Below, in pieces: positions 7,987 through 16,587 of a stretch of 32,000 nt of DNA (position 1 is its first letter; each line of letters starts with the position of its first letter). A model generated the notes under the pieces. It searched no databases and had not been told where the DNA came from. It was given only the letters and a program-made list of their open reading frames with translations. Made by a program: the position numbers and the translations under genes. This stretch comes from Micrococcus luteus NCTC 2665. GTDB lineage: Bacteria > Actinomycetota > Actinomycetes > Actinomycetales > Micrococcaceae. Location of the stretch: positions 750,001 to 782,000 of the forward strand of contig NC_012803.1 in the NCBI RefSeq assembly GCF_000023205.1. Direction: 5' to 3'.

Positions 7987-10779
7987 GTGGCCAAGGTCCG
8001 CGTCCATGAGCTCGCCAAGGAGCTCGGCATCACCTCGAAGGAGGCCTTGAGCACGCTCAAGGACCTCGGCGAGTTCGTCAGCTCGGCTTCGTCCACCATC
8101 GAGCCCCCGGTGGTCAAGAAGCTGCGCAGCGCCTACCCGGGTGCCGGCAAGTCCGCCGCCAAGCCCGGTTCCACGCCCGCCGCCCCGGCCGCGGGCCGTT
8201 CCGCCGCGCCGAAGCCGGCGGCCGCCCCGTCGCCGCGCGCCGTGGCCCCCACGTCGGACGCCGGCGCCCCGGCGCCCGGTCCCGCCGCGGGCCGCACCGC
8301 CGCGACCAAGCCGGGCGTCGCCCCGACCCCCGGCCCCGCCGCACCGACGCCGGCCGCCCAGGTCCCGGCCGAGCCGAAGGCCCCGCAGCCGTCGGCCACG
8401 CCGGGGTCGGCCGCGCCGAAGCCGGGCGCCGCTGCGCCCAAGCCGGGCGCCCCGCGCCCCGGCAACAACCCGTTCAGCCCCAAGGGCGGTTCCGCCGGGT
8501 CTCGTCCGGGCGCCCGCCCGGGCGGCCGTGGCGGTGCTCCGCGCCCGGGCAACAACCCGTTCGCCCCCTCGCAGGGCATGCGCTCCGGTCGTGAGGACCG
8601 CGCGCCTCGTCCGGGCGGCCCCCGTCCGCCGGCCGGTGCCGGCGGCCCCCGTCCGGGCGGTCCGCGCCCGGCCGCGGGCGCCGGCGGCCCCCGCCCCGGT
8701 GGGCCGCGTCCGAACCCGGGCATGATGCCCAAGCAGATCACCCCGGCCCCGCAGCCGGCCCGCGGCCGTGGCCGTCCGGGCGGCGGCCCCGGCGGCGGTC
8801 CGGGTCGTCCCGGCGGCCCGGGCGGCCGTGGCGGTCGAGGCAACGCCCAGGGCGCCTTCGGGCGCGGCGGCGGCCCGCGCAAGGGACGCAAGTCGAAGCG
8901 CGCGAAGCGCCAGGAGTTCGAGCAGCAGCACACGCGTGAGATCGGCGGCGTCAAGGTCCCCAAGGGCGACGGCACCACCGTCCTGCGCCTGCGCCGCGGT
9001 GCGTCCCTGGCCGACTTCGCCGAGAAGATCCGCGCCGACGTCGCCGACCTGGTGAAGGTGCTCTTCACCCTCGGCGAGATGGCCTCGGCCAACCAGTCCC
9101 TCGACGAGGAGACCTTCCAGCTGCTCGGCGACGAGTTGGGCTACAAGGTCCAGATCGTGTCCCCGGAAGACGAGGACAAGGAGCTGCTGGAGGCCTTCGA
9201 CATCGACCTCGAGGCCGAGGAGGCCAACGAGGACGAGGCCGACCTCGAGCCGCGCCCCGCGGTCGTCACCGTCATGGGCCACGTGGACCACGGCAAGACG
9301 CGTCTGCTGGACGCCATCCGCTCCTCGAACGTCATCGAGGGCGAGGCCGGCGGCATCACCCAGCACATCGGCGCCTACCAGGTGCCCGTGGAGCACGAGG
9401 GCGAGCAGCGTCGCCTCACCTTCATCGACACCCCGGGTCACGAGGCGTTCACCGCCATGCGTGCCCGCGGTGCGAAGGTCACCGACATCGCCGTGCTGGT
9501 GGTGGCGGCCGACGACGGTGTCATGCCGCAGACCGTCGAGGCGCTCAACCACGCCCAGTCGGCCGGCGTGCCGATCGTGGTGGCGGTCAACAAGATCGAC
9601 AAGGACACCGCCGCCCCGGACAAGATCCGCGGTCAGCTCACCGAGTACGGCCTCGTGCCCGAGGAGTACGGCGGCGACACGATGTTCGTGGACGTCTCCG
9701 CGCGCAACAACATCAACATCGACCAGCTGCTCGAGGCGATCCTGCTCACCGCGGACGCCGCCCTCGAGCTCACGGCGAACCCGCACAAGGCCGCCCGAGG
9801 CGTGGCCATCGAGGCCAACCTCGACAAGGGCCGCGGCGCCGTCGTCACCGTGCTGGTGCAGACCGGCACGCTGCGCGTGGGCGACACCATGGTGGTGGGC
9901 TCCGCCCACGGCCGTGTGCGCGCCATGTTCGACGAGAACGGCAACGCCGTGGAGGCGGCCGATCCGTCGCGTCCCGTCCAGGTGCTCGGCCTGTCCTCGG
10001 TGCCGCGCGCCGGCGACTCGTTCCTCGTCACCGACGACGAGCGCACCGCCCGCCAGATCGCGGAGAGGCGCGAGGCGGCGGACCGCAACGCCCAGCTGGC
10101 CAAGCGCCGCAAGCGCATCACCCTGGAGGACTTCGACCAGGCCGTGGCCGAGGGCAAGCTGGACACGCTCAACCTCATCATCAAGGGCGACGCGTCCGGT
10201 GCCGTCGAGGCGCTGGAGGACTCGCTGCTCAAGATCGAGGTCGGCGAGGACGAGGTGCAGCTGCGCGTCATCCACCGCGGCGTCGGCGCCATCACGCAGA
10301 ACGACGTGAACCTGGCGACCGTGGACAACGCCATCATCATCGGCTTCAACGTGCGCCCCGCCGAGCGGGTCGCCGACCTGGCCGACCGCGAGGGCGTGGA
10401 CATGCGCTTCTACAACGTGATCTACGACGCGATCGATGACATCGAGAACGCGCTCAAGGGCATGCTGAAGCCGGAGTACGAGGAGGTCGAGCTCGGCTCG
10501 GCCGAGGTCCGCGAGGTGTTCCGCTCCTCCAAGTGGGGCAACATCGCCGGTTCGCTCGTGCGCTCGGGCCTCATCCGCCGCAACGCCCAGGCCCGCCTGG
10601 TTCGCGACGGCGTGGTGGTCTCCGAGCACCTCAGGATCGAGTCGCTGCGCCGCTTCAAGGAAGACGCCACCGAGGTCCGCGAGGGCTACGAGTGCGGCAT
10701 CGGCCTGGGCAGCTTCAACGACATCAAGGAGGGCGACGTGATCGAGACCTTCGAGATGCAGGAGAAGCCGCGCGTCTGA
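7987..10779 (+). CDS. infB: Translation initiation factor IF-2
   Basis: The N-terminus (V)[30 protein letters not shown] is universal for IF-2. A Pro/Gly/Ala-rich linker follows. The GTPase motifs are [15 protein letters not shown] and NKID. GTG 7987 is preceded by AGGAG. The ORF-track start 7864 is an in-frame upstream extension. Confidence 0.97.
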   Translation: MAKVRVHELAKELGITSKEALSTLKDLGEFVSSASSTIEPPVVKKLRSAYPGAGKSAAKPGSTPAAPAAGRSAAPKPAAAPSPRAVAPTSDAGAPAPGPAAGRTAATKPGVAPTPGPAAPTPAAQVPAEPKAPQPSATPGSAAPKPGAAAPKPGAPRPGNNPFSPKGGSAGSRPGARPGGRGGAPRPGNNPFAPSQGMRSGREDRAPRPGGPRPPAGAGGPRPGGPRPAAGAGGPRPGGPRPNPGMMPKQITPAPQPARGRGRPGGGPGGGPGRPGGPGGRGGRGNAQGAFGRGGGPRKGRKSKRAKRQEFEQQHTREIGGVKVPKGDGTTVLRLRRGASLADFAEKIRADVADLVKVLFTLGEMASANQSLDEETFQLLGDELGYKVQIVSPEDEDKELLEAFDIDLEAEEANEDEADLEPRPAVVTVMGHVDHGKTRLLDAIRSSNVIEGEAGGITQHIGAYQVPVEHEGEQRRLTFIDTPGHEAFTAMRARGAKVTDIAVLVVAADDGVMPQTVEALNHAQSAGVPIVVAVNKIDKDTAAPDKIRGQLTEYGLVPEEYGGDTMFVDVSARNNINIDQLLEAILLTADAALELTANPHKAARGVAIEANLDKGRGAVVTVLVQTGTLRVGDTMVVGSAHGRVRAMFDENGNAVEAADPSRPVQVLGLSSVPRAGDSFLVTDDERTARQIAERREAADRNAQLAKRRKRITLEDFDQAVAEGKLDTLNLIIKGDASGAVEALEDSLLKIEVGEDEVQLRVIHRGVGAITQNDVNLATVDNAIIIGFNVRPAERVADLADREGVDMRFYNVIYDAIDDIENALKGMLKPEYEEVELGSAEVREVFRSSKWGNIAGSLVRSGLIRRNAQARLVRDGVVVSEHLRIESLRRFKEDATEVREGYECGIGLGSFNDIKEGDVIETFEMQEKPRV
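8605..8721 (+). repeat. Imperfect 42-nt (14-codon) tandem repeat, about 2.8 copies, inside the infB linker
   Basis: Units 8605-8646, 8647-8688 and 8689-8721 encode [28 protein letters not shown] and [11 protein letters not shown]. Units 1 and 2 differ at 8 of 42 nt by my count. Confidence 0.8.
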
Positions 10780-10786
10780 CGGCCGG

Positions 10787-10812
10787 GGCGGGGGCCCGCA
10801 CGGACCCCCGCC
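10787..10812 (+). other. GC hairpin between infB and rbfA (possible attenuator or processing site)
   Basis: GGCGGGGG (10787-10794) pairs with CCCCCGCC (10805-10812), then TTCC follows. There is no real U-tract. Confidence 0.3.
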
Positions 10813-10859
10813 TTCCGCGTCCCACCCTCTGAACCATCACCACCGGAAGGAACCGCACC

Positions 10860-11306
10860 ATGGCCGATCCGGCACGCGCCGGCCGCCTGGCCCAGCGCAT
10901 CAAGGTCCTCGTGGCCGAGGCGCTGCGCCGCGGCGTCAAGGACGACCGCGTGGAGCCCGTCACCGTGACGGAGGTCCGCGTGACCAACGACCTGCAGCAC
11001 GCCACCGTCTACTACACCGTCCTGGGCGACGAGGCCACGGTGGCCGCCGCCCACGAGGGAATCCAGGACAACCGCGGCATCCTGCGCCGCGAAGTGGGCC
11101 GCGGGCTCACCATCCGCCTGGTGCCCACGCTCGAGTTCGTGGCGGACACCGTCCCCGAGGCGGCCGCACACCTGGAGGACGTCCTCCGCGCAGCCAAGGA
11201 GCGGGACGCCGAGCTGGCGAAGGCGCGCGAGGGCGCGTCGTACGCCGGTGACGCGGACCCGTACCGCACCGCGGAGCCGGACGCCGACGACGCCCCGCGC
11301 GCCTGA
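10860..11306 (+). CDS. rbfA: Ribosome-binding factor A
   Basis: MADPARAGRLAQRIKVLVAEALRRGVKDDRVEPVTVTEVRVTNDLQHATVYYTV... is typical RbfA and the position after infB is conserved. GGAAGGA lies 8 nt upstream of the ATG. Confidence 0.95.
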   Translation: MADPARAGRLAQRIKVLVAEALRRGVKDDRVEPVTVTEVRVTNDLQHATVYYTVLGDEATVAAAHEGIQDNRGILRREVGRGLTIRLVPTLEFVADTVPEAAAHLEDVLRAAKERDAELAKAREGASYAGDADPYRTAEPDADDAPRA

Positions 11307-11319
11307 GGCCCGCGGCACG

Positions 11320-12285
11320 GTGAGCGCACGCAGCACCGGGGGAAAGGCCCCCGACGCGCCGGGAACGGAGGCGTCGGGGGTCGTCCTCGTGGACAAGCCG
11401 CAGGGGTGGACCTCGCACGACGTCGTCGGGCGGATCCGCCGGCTGGCGGGCACCCGCAAGGTGGGCCATGCCGGTACCCTGGACCCCATGGCCACGGGCC
11501 TGCTCGTGGTCGGCGTCAACAAGGCCACGCGCCTGCTGACCGCCATCACGGGCACGGACAAGACGTACACGGCCACGATCCGGCTCGGGCAGTCGACCGT
11601 CACGGACGACGCGGAGGGCGAGGTCGTGCAGACCCGGCTGGCCAACGCCGTCACGCCCGAGCGCGTGGCCGAGCAGGTCGCCGCCCTGACGGGCGAGATC
11701 CTGCAGGTGCCCTCGGCCGTCTCCGCCGTCAAGGTGGCGGGCCGGCGCGCCTACGATCGCGTCCGCGCGGGAGAGGACGTCACCCTCGACGCCCGCCCCG
11801 TCACCGTGCACGAGTTCACGGTGCACGAGCTGCGCCGGCTCGACGGCGGCCGGCTGGTCGACCTCGACGTCACCGTGCGCTGCTCCTCCGGGACCTACAT
11901 CCGGGCGCTCGCCCGCGACCTGGGCGAGGCCCTCGAGACCGGCGGGCATCTGACGGCGCTGCGCCGCACCGCCGTCGGCCCGTTCGACGTGGCCGACGCG
12001 CTCACGCTCGAGGCCCTCGCTGAGCGCTTCGCGATGACCGAGCTCTCCGAGGCCGCCGCCGGGCTCTTCCCGGTGCGCGAGCTGACGGAGCACGAGGCGC
12101 ACGAGCTCGCCTTCGGGCGGGTCGTGGCGCCCACCGGCACGGGTGAGACGCTCGTCGCCGGGCGCGCGCCGGACGGCCGCGTCATCGCCCTCGTCTCCGA
12201 CGTGCGCCGCCGCGGCGCCGACGTCGCCAAGCCCCAGCTCGTGTTCGCCCCGGCCGAGGGGCCGGGACAGGGAAGGACCGCATGA
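11320..12285 (+). CDS. truB: tRNA pseudouridine(55) synthase TruB
   Basis: VLVDKPQGWTSHDVV and the catalytic GHAGTLDPMATGLL motif. GTG 11320 is the first start after the rbfA stop (11306). The ORF-track start 11248 overlaps rbfA. Confidence 0.93.
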   Translation: MSARSTGGKAPDAPGTEASGVVLVDKPQGWTSHDVVGRIRRLAGTRKVGHAGTLDPMATGLLVVGVNKATRLLTAITGTDKTYTATIRLGQSTVTDDAEGEVVQTRLANAVTPERVAEQVAALTGEILQVPSAVSAVKVAGRRAYDRVRAGEDVTLDARPVTVHEFTVHELRRLDGGRLVDLDVTVRCSSGTYIRALARDLGEALETGGHLTALRRTAVGPFDVADALTLEALAERFAMTELSEAAAGLFPVRELTEHEAHELAFGRVVAPTGTGETLVAGRAPDGRVIALVSDVRRRGADVAKPQLVFAPAEGPGQGRTA

Positions 12286-12650
12286 TCCTCGACGCCTGGT
12301 TCTGGACGGGACTGGTGATCGGTGCCGTCTCGTTCGTGGTCTGCGTGGTGATGACGGCGATCCGCCGCCACCCCGCGGACGCCTCAATCCTCTCGGTGGC
12401 CGCCGTCGAGGTGTTCACGCTCGTCTACGCGGCGGCCGCCGCCGTCCGTCAGCTCGGCGGGGACACCCTGAACGGCCCCGGCTGGGAGTTCTGGGGCTAC
12501 ATCCTCACCGCCCTGATCGTGCCGGTGATCGCCGTGGGCTGGGCCGTCACGGACAAGACCCGGTGGTCCAACCTCGTGCTGGCCGTGGTCGGGCCCACGA
12601 TCGCGGTGATGCTGCACCGCATGCAGGTCATCTGGTTCGGGCAGTGGTGA
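12282..12650 (+). CDS. Small integral membrane protein, about 4 TM, unknown function (122 aa)
   Basis: There are four hydrophobic stretches. GC3 is high by eye and consistent with coding. The ATG overlaps the truB stop (ATGA at 12282-12285). GGAAGGA (12271-12277) lies upstream. Confidence 0.7.
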   Translation: MILDAWFWTGLVIGAVSFVVCVVMTAIRRHPADASILSVAAVEVFTLVYAAAAAVRQLGGDTLNGPGWEFWGYILTALIVPVIAVGWAVTDKTRWSNLVLAVVGPTIAVMLHRMQVIWFGQW

Positions 12651-12661
12651 GGAGGATGGAC

Positions 12662-13093
12662 ATGGCACCCAGCGACGGCGACCCCGCGCACAACCAGGGT
12701 CTCGGCCGGATCATCGTCATGGTCTACGCGGTGTTCGCCCTCTCGGCGAGCGCGCGCAGCCTCTTCCAGATCCTCACGCAGTTCGACGCCGCCCCCGTGG
12801 CGTACACGCTCTCCGCGGTCGCGGCGGTCGTGTACATCGTGGCGACGTTCGCGCTCGCCCGCTCCGGCCCGCGCGCCTGGGCGGTGGCGCTGGGCGCCGT
12901 GCTCGTGGAGCTGGCCGGCGTGGTCGGCGTGGGCCTGTGGACCGTCCTGGATCCGGGGATGTTCGCCCATGACACCGTGTGGTCCCGGTTCGGCGCGGGC
13001 TACGGCTACGTGCCGCTCGTGCTACCGGTGGTCGGCCTGATCTGGCTGCTGACGCACCGCCCCGCCCGCCCGGCCGAGGCGGGGGCGCTCTGA
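12662..13093 (+). CDS. Small integral membrane protein, about 4 TM, unknown function (143 aa)
   Basis: Four hydrophobic stretches. GGAGG (12651-12655) lies 6 nt upstream of ATG 12662. The stop overlaps the ribF start (TGATG at 13091-13095). The ORF-track start 12143 is an extension through truB. Confidence 0.7.
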   Translation: MAPSDGDPAHNQGLGRIIVMVYAVFALSASARSLFQILTQFDAAPVAYTLSAVAAVVYIVATFALARSGPRAWAVALGAVLVELAGVVGVGLWTVLDPGMFAHDTVWSRFGAGYGYVPLVLPVVGLIWLLTHRPARPAEAGAL

Positions 13094-14070
13094 TGCGGGT
13101 CTGGAACAGCCTGGACGAGGTCCCCACGGACCTGCCGCGCACCGTGGTCACCCTGGGCAACTTCGACGGCGTGCACCGCGGCCACCGCGAGGTGCTGCGC
13201 CGGGTCGTCGAGCTGGCGCGGGCCCGCGGCGCCCTGGCCGTGGCCGTGACCTTCACCCCGCACCCGCGCGCCGTGCACCAGCCCGAGGTGCCCCACGTGG
13301 ACATCATCAGCCCCGAGCAGCGGGTCGTCCTCCTGGAGGAGGCGGGTCTGGACGCGGTGCTCCTGCAGCGCTACACCCTCGAGTTCGCGGACCAGTCCCC
13401 GGAGGAGTTCGTCCGCGGCATGCTCGTGCACGGGCTGCATGCCGCCGTCGTGGTCGTGGGGCACGACGTGCGCTTCGGCCGGGGCAACACCGGCGACGTC
13501 GCGGAGATGGTGCGCCTGGGCGCCCACTATGGCTTCGAGGTCGAGGCCGTCGAGGAGTTCCCCGCCGAGCACGGGGCCGAGCCGGAGCGCCGCTGCTCCT
13601 CGACGTGGGTGCGCGAGGCCCTGGACGCGGGCGACGTCGCCCAGGCCGCGGCCGTGCTCGGCCGACACCACGTGCTCACCGGCGAGGTGGTGCACGGGTT
13701 CGCGCGCGGCCGCGAGCTCGGCTTCCCCACGGCGAACCTCGAAACGGATGTGCAGGGCATGATCCCGGCCGACGGCGTCTACGCCGGCTGGGTGCACGAC
13801 GCGCACGGCGGCGTGTGGCCGGCCGCGATCTCCATCGGCTCGAACCCCACGTTCGAGGACGTCTCCCGCGTGGTGGAGGCGCACGTGATCGACCGCCACG
13901 ACGAGCGTGTGGAGGACTTCGACCTCTACGGCCAGCACATCGAGGTCGAGTTCGTGGCCCGGCTGCGCGGGATGGTCGCCTACGAGGGCGTCGAGAAGCT
14001 CGTGGCGCAGATCACGCAGGACGTGGACGAGGCCCGGGCGATCCTGGCCACGACCCCCTCCGATCGGTGA
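13093..14070 (+). CDS. ribF: Bifunctional riboflavin kinase / FMN adenylyltransferase
   Basis: GNFDGVHRGH (FAD synthetase motif) and GFPTANL (riboflavin kinase region). The length and the truB-proximal position are typical. Confidence 0.95.
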   Translation: MRVWNSLDEVPTDLPRTVVTLGNFDGVHRGHREVLRRVVELARARGALAVAVTFTPHPRAVHQPEVPHVDIISPEQRVVLLEEAGLDAVLLQRYTLEFADQSPEEFVRGMLVHGLHAAVVVVGHDVRFGRGNTGDVAEMVRLGAHYGFEVEAVEEFPAEHGAEPERRCSSTWVREALDAGDVAQAAAVLGRHHVLTGEVVHGFARGRELGFPTANLETDVQGMIPADGVYAGWVHDAHGGVWPAAISIGSNPTFEDVSRVVEAHVIDRHDERVEDFDLYGQHIEVEFVARLRGMVAYEGVEKLVAQITQDVDEARAILATTPSDR

Positions 14071-14909
14071 GCGCCCCGGAGCTGGGCGCTCCCCCCGCCG
14101 TGCCGAACCTGCCGGGGCGCCCGGCCCGGGCCCGTCGGGCCGGGCCCAACCCCTTCGAGACCGGCGGTGAGCACTACGACGCCGTCCGCCCCTCCTACCC
14201 GGCCGCCGCGGTGGACCGCGTCATGGCGGACACCGCCGACGGCGCGGACGTGGTGGAGCTCGGGGCCGGCACGGGACTGTTCACCCGGCTGCTCGCGGCC
14301 CGCCAGGCGGACCGGGTGCGGACGGTGACGGCCCTCGAGCCGTCGGCGTCGATGCGCGCCGTCCTGGAACGCGAGATCGCGGCCGGCACGGGCGGGCGGG
14401 TGCGCGCCGTGCCGGGCACGGGCGAGGCGACGGGCCTACCGGCCGCGAGCGCCGACGTCGTGGTGGCGGCCCAGGCGTGGCACTGGATGGACCCGGTCAC
14501 GGCGAGCGCGGAGGCCGCACGGGTGCTGCGCCCGGGCGGGCGCCTGGCCGCGGTGTGGAACCAGCTCGACACGGCGGTGCCGTGGGTGCACCGTCTCACC
14601 CGGATCATGCACGCCGGGGACGTGCACGCCGCCCGGCCGGAGCAGCGCCGGTTCGCCGCCCCGTTCGGGGCGGAGGAGCACGCGCGCTGGGTGTGGACGC
14701 AGCCGATGACCGCGGCGGGACTGCACGGTCTCATGGCCTCGCGCTCGTACTGGCTGCGCGCGGACGAGCGGATCCGGTCCCGGATGACGGCCAACCTCGA
14801 CTGGTACCTGCACGAGCACCTGGGCCATGCGGCGGACGCGGTCCTGCAGGTGCCCTACGTGACGGTGGCCTGGTGGGCGGCGCCGGTCAGGGGCGGGCGC
14901 CCACGGTGA
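14067..14909 (+). CDS. Class I SAM-dependent methyltransferase
   Basis: Motif I VVELGAGTGLFTRLL, the NPF..YD..RPSYP N-terminal signature and a LRPGGRLA post-I segment. GTG 14067 overlaps the ribF stop (GTGA). Confidence 0.85.
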   Translation: MSAPELGAPPAVPNLPGRPARARRAGPNPFETGGEHYDAVRPSYPAAAVDRVMADTADGADVVELGAGTGLFTRLLAARQADRVRTVTALEPSASMRAVLEREIAAGTGGRVRAVPGTGEATGLPAASADVVVAAQAWHWMDPVTASAEAARVLRPGGRLAAVWNQLDTAVPWVHRLTRIMHAGDVHAARPEQRRFAAPFGAEEHARWVWTQPMTAAGLHGLMASRSYWLRADERIRSRMTANLDWYLHEHLGHAADAVLQVPYVTVAWWAAPVRGGRPR

Positions 14910-15891
14910 CCGGGACCGTCCGGGCGATCCCGGCCCGCCGGGCCTGCCAGAGCAGCAGCGCCGTGGCCACCGCGACCACCGCCACCGAGAGCAGCGTGGC
15001 CGCCGGGGAGCCGGCCGTCTCGGCGTCCACGTAGCTGTCCTCGACGGTGCCCACGAGCGTGCCGGCGGCGATGATCACCACGTTGTTGACCACGTGCAGG
15101 GCGACGGCGGCCTCGAGCCCGCCCGTGCGCCACGTGAGCAGGACGGCGGCGACGGCGAACGCGGCGAGGTCCAGCAGGATCCACGGGTCGAGCGAGCCGT
15201 GGGCGAGGGCGAAGGTTGCCGCCGAGAGCACCGCGGTGACCGCGACGGCCACGACCGGCCGGCGGATCCACGTGCCGACGGCCAGCAGCAGCCACCCGCG
15301 GAACAGGTACTCCTCACCCGCGGCCTGGAAGGGGGTGAGCACGAACGCCATGACGAGCAGCCAGACCCAGTCCTGCGCGCGCGGGGCCGTGGGGGCGCCG
15401 TCGAGGGCCCACGTGCCCAGCACGTAGGCGAGGAACAGCAGCGTCAGCACGACGACGCAGCGCGCCAGCCAGCGCCAGCGCACGCGGCCCTCGACCGAGT
15501 GGACGAAGCGGGCGGCGACGGGGTGGCCCAGGGCCACGGCCAGCAGCGCGACCCCGATCAGTGCGGCGAGCAGGAGGTTGTTCAGCAGCACCATGGGCGC
15601 GGAGAGCAGGTCGAGGTCGGCCACGTCCGTCGGGTCGGCCGCGCCGAGCAGTCCGGGCCCGGACGTGGCGAGCAGGGCGAGAGCGCCCAGCACGCACCCG
15701 AGCACGAGGAGGCCCACCAGGCCGGCCAGCACGAGGCCGAAGGACGCGAGTGGGTTCCACCATCGGGCCCGCGGCGTGCGCAGCAGCGCGGGGTAGTCGT
15801 GGCCGATCAGCGGCAGATCCAGGGGCGGCGCGGGCGGCCGGACGGGGAACGACGGCGGGGCCGGGGAGTGGGGGACCGGTGGGGTGCTCAC
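14887..15891 (-). CDS. CPBP-family (CAAX/Abi-type) intramembrane glutamic endopeptidase
   Basis: The three CPBP motifs are present: EEYLFRG, FALAH and HVVNN. The protein is polytopic. GTG start at 15891. The 3' end overlaps the convergent methyltransferase by 23 nt. Confidence 0.88.
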   Translation of the reverse strand: MSTPPVPHSPAPPSFPVRPPAPPLDLPLIGHDYPALLRTPRARWWNPLASFGLVLAGLVGLLVLGCVLGALALLATSGPGLLGAADPTDVADLDLLSAPMVLLNNLLLAALIGVALLAVALGHPVAARFVHSVEGRVRWRWLARCVVVLTLLFLAYVLGTWALDGAPTAPRAQDWVWLLVMAFVLTPFQAAGEEYLFRGWLLLAVGTWIRRPVVAVAVTAVLSAATFALAHGSLDPWILLDLAAFAVAAVLLTWRTGGLEAAVALHVVNNVVIIAAGTLVGTVEDSYVDAETAGSPAATLLSVAVVAVATALLLWQARRAGIARTVPVTVGARP

Positions 15892-15897
15892 CGGGCC

Positions 15898-15903
15898 AGG
15901 GTA
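15898..15903 (-). promoter_or_regulatory. Candidate -10 hexamer TACCCT (minus strand), 6 nt upstream of the CPBP GTG
   Basis: The plus-strand AGGGTA reads TACCCT on the minus strand. A 6-nt spacer separates it from GTG 15891, so a leaderless mRNA is predicted. Confidence 0.35.
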
Positions 15904-15913
15904 GGCGATGCGG

Positions 15914-15919
15914 TAGACT
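15914..15919 (+). promoter_or_regulatory. Candidate -10 hexamer TAGACT for rpsO
   Basis: TANNNT hexamer about 103 nt upstream of the rpsO ATG. It would give a leader long enough for S15 autoregulation. Confidence 0.4.
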
Positions 15920-16022
15920 CGACCCTCGGCCTCCCTGCAGTCCGCGGTGGGGTGGGCCCCGTGTCGTCCGCCCCGGCGGGGCGCGGCTCGTGTTCGCGGT
16001 ACCGAAGTGAAGGAGGCCCACC

Positions 16023-16292
16023 ATGGCCCTGGATCCCGCTGTCAAGCAGCAGATCATCAAGGAGTACGCCACCCACGAGGGCGACACCGGCTCCCCCGAG
16101 GTGCAGATCGCGGTCCTGTCCCGCCGCATCAAGGACCTGACCGAGCACCTCAAGGAGCACAAGCACGATCACCACACCCGCCGTGGCCTGATGGGCCTGG
16201 TCGGTCGCCGTCGTCGCATGCTGGGCTACCTGCAGAACGTCGACATCGAGCGCTACCGTGCGCTGATCGAGCGCCTCGGCCTGCGCAAGTGA
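16023..16292 (+). CDS. rpsO: 30S ribosomal protein S15
   Basis: [56 protein letters not shown]... is unmistakable S15. AGGAGG (16011-16016) lies 6 nt upstream. Confidence 0.98.
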   Translation: MALDPAVKQQIIKEYATHEGDTGSPEVQIAVLSRRIKDLTEHLKEHKHDHHTRRGLMGLVGRRRRMLGYLQNVDIERYRALIERLGLRK

Positions 16293-16300
16293 CCTGAGGA

Positions 16301-16353
16301 GGCGGCGCCGGAGCCCGCGGGAGACCCGCGAGCGCCGGCGCCGCCTTTCGTCT
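16301..16353 (+). terminator. Intrinsic terminator / RNase III-type hairpin after rpsO
   Basis: GGCGGCGCCGG (16301-16311) pairs perfectly with CCGGCGCCGCC (16335-16345). Pairing continues inward to a 3-nt loop. TTTCGTCT follows. Confidence 0.7.
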
Positions 16354-16368
16354 GCCCCCGGACGCACG

Positions 16369-16374
16369 TAGTGT
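16369..16374 (+). promoter_or_regulatory. Candidate -10 hexamer TAGTGT for a pnp-specific promoter
   Basis: TANNNT hexamer 24 nt after the rpsO terminator stem. It would give a leader of about 205 nt. Confidence 0.35.
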
Positions 16375-16587
16375 GTCCCGAGGGGAGACCGCCGCAGCCT
16401 GCGGCACTCCGGCGCGCCACGGCGCGCCTCCCCGCATCATTGACACACCCGACGGTTCCGCGCCCATCGCCCGCGGTCCTCGACAGTGGCTCCCGGACCC
16501 CGCCGCACGGCGGGATGCCGAGGGCCTCGATCGAAGACCAGGGGGACAGGGACGCCTGCGGCGCCGTCCACCTGAAAGGAGGCCCTC

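Noticed and set aside
7909-10629. 906-aa minus-strand ORF and several + strand out-of-frame ORFs (for example 8141-8725 and 9461-10309) inside infB
   Set aside because: They overlap the unmistakable IF-2 frame. Their composition is typical of off-frame GC-rich translation.
14887-14909. 23-nt 3'-3' overlap of the methyltransferase and CPBP genes as a possible antisense regulatory device
   Set aside because: Short convergent overlaps are common in compact GC-rich genomes. Nothing in the sequence, such as a hairpin or motif, suggests more than incidental overlap.
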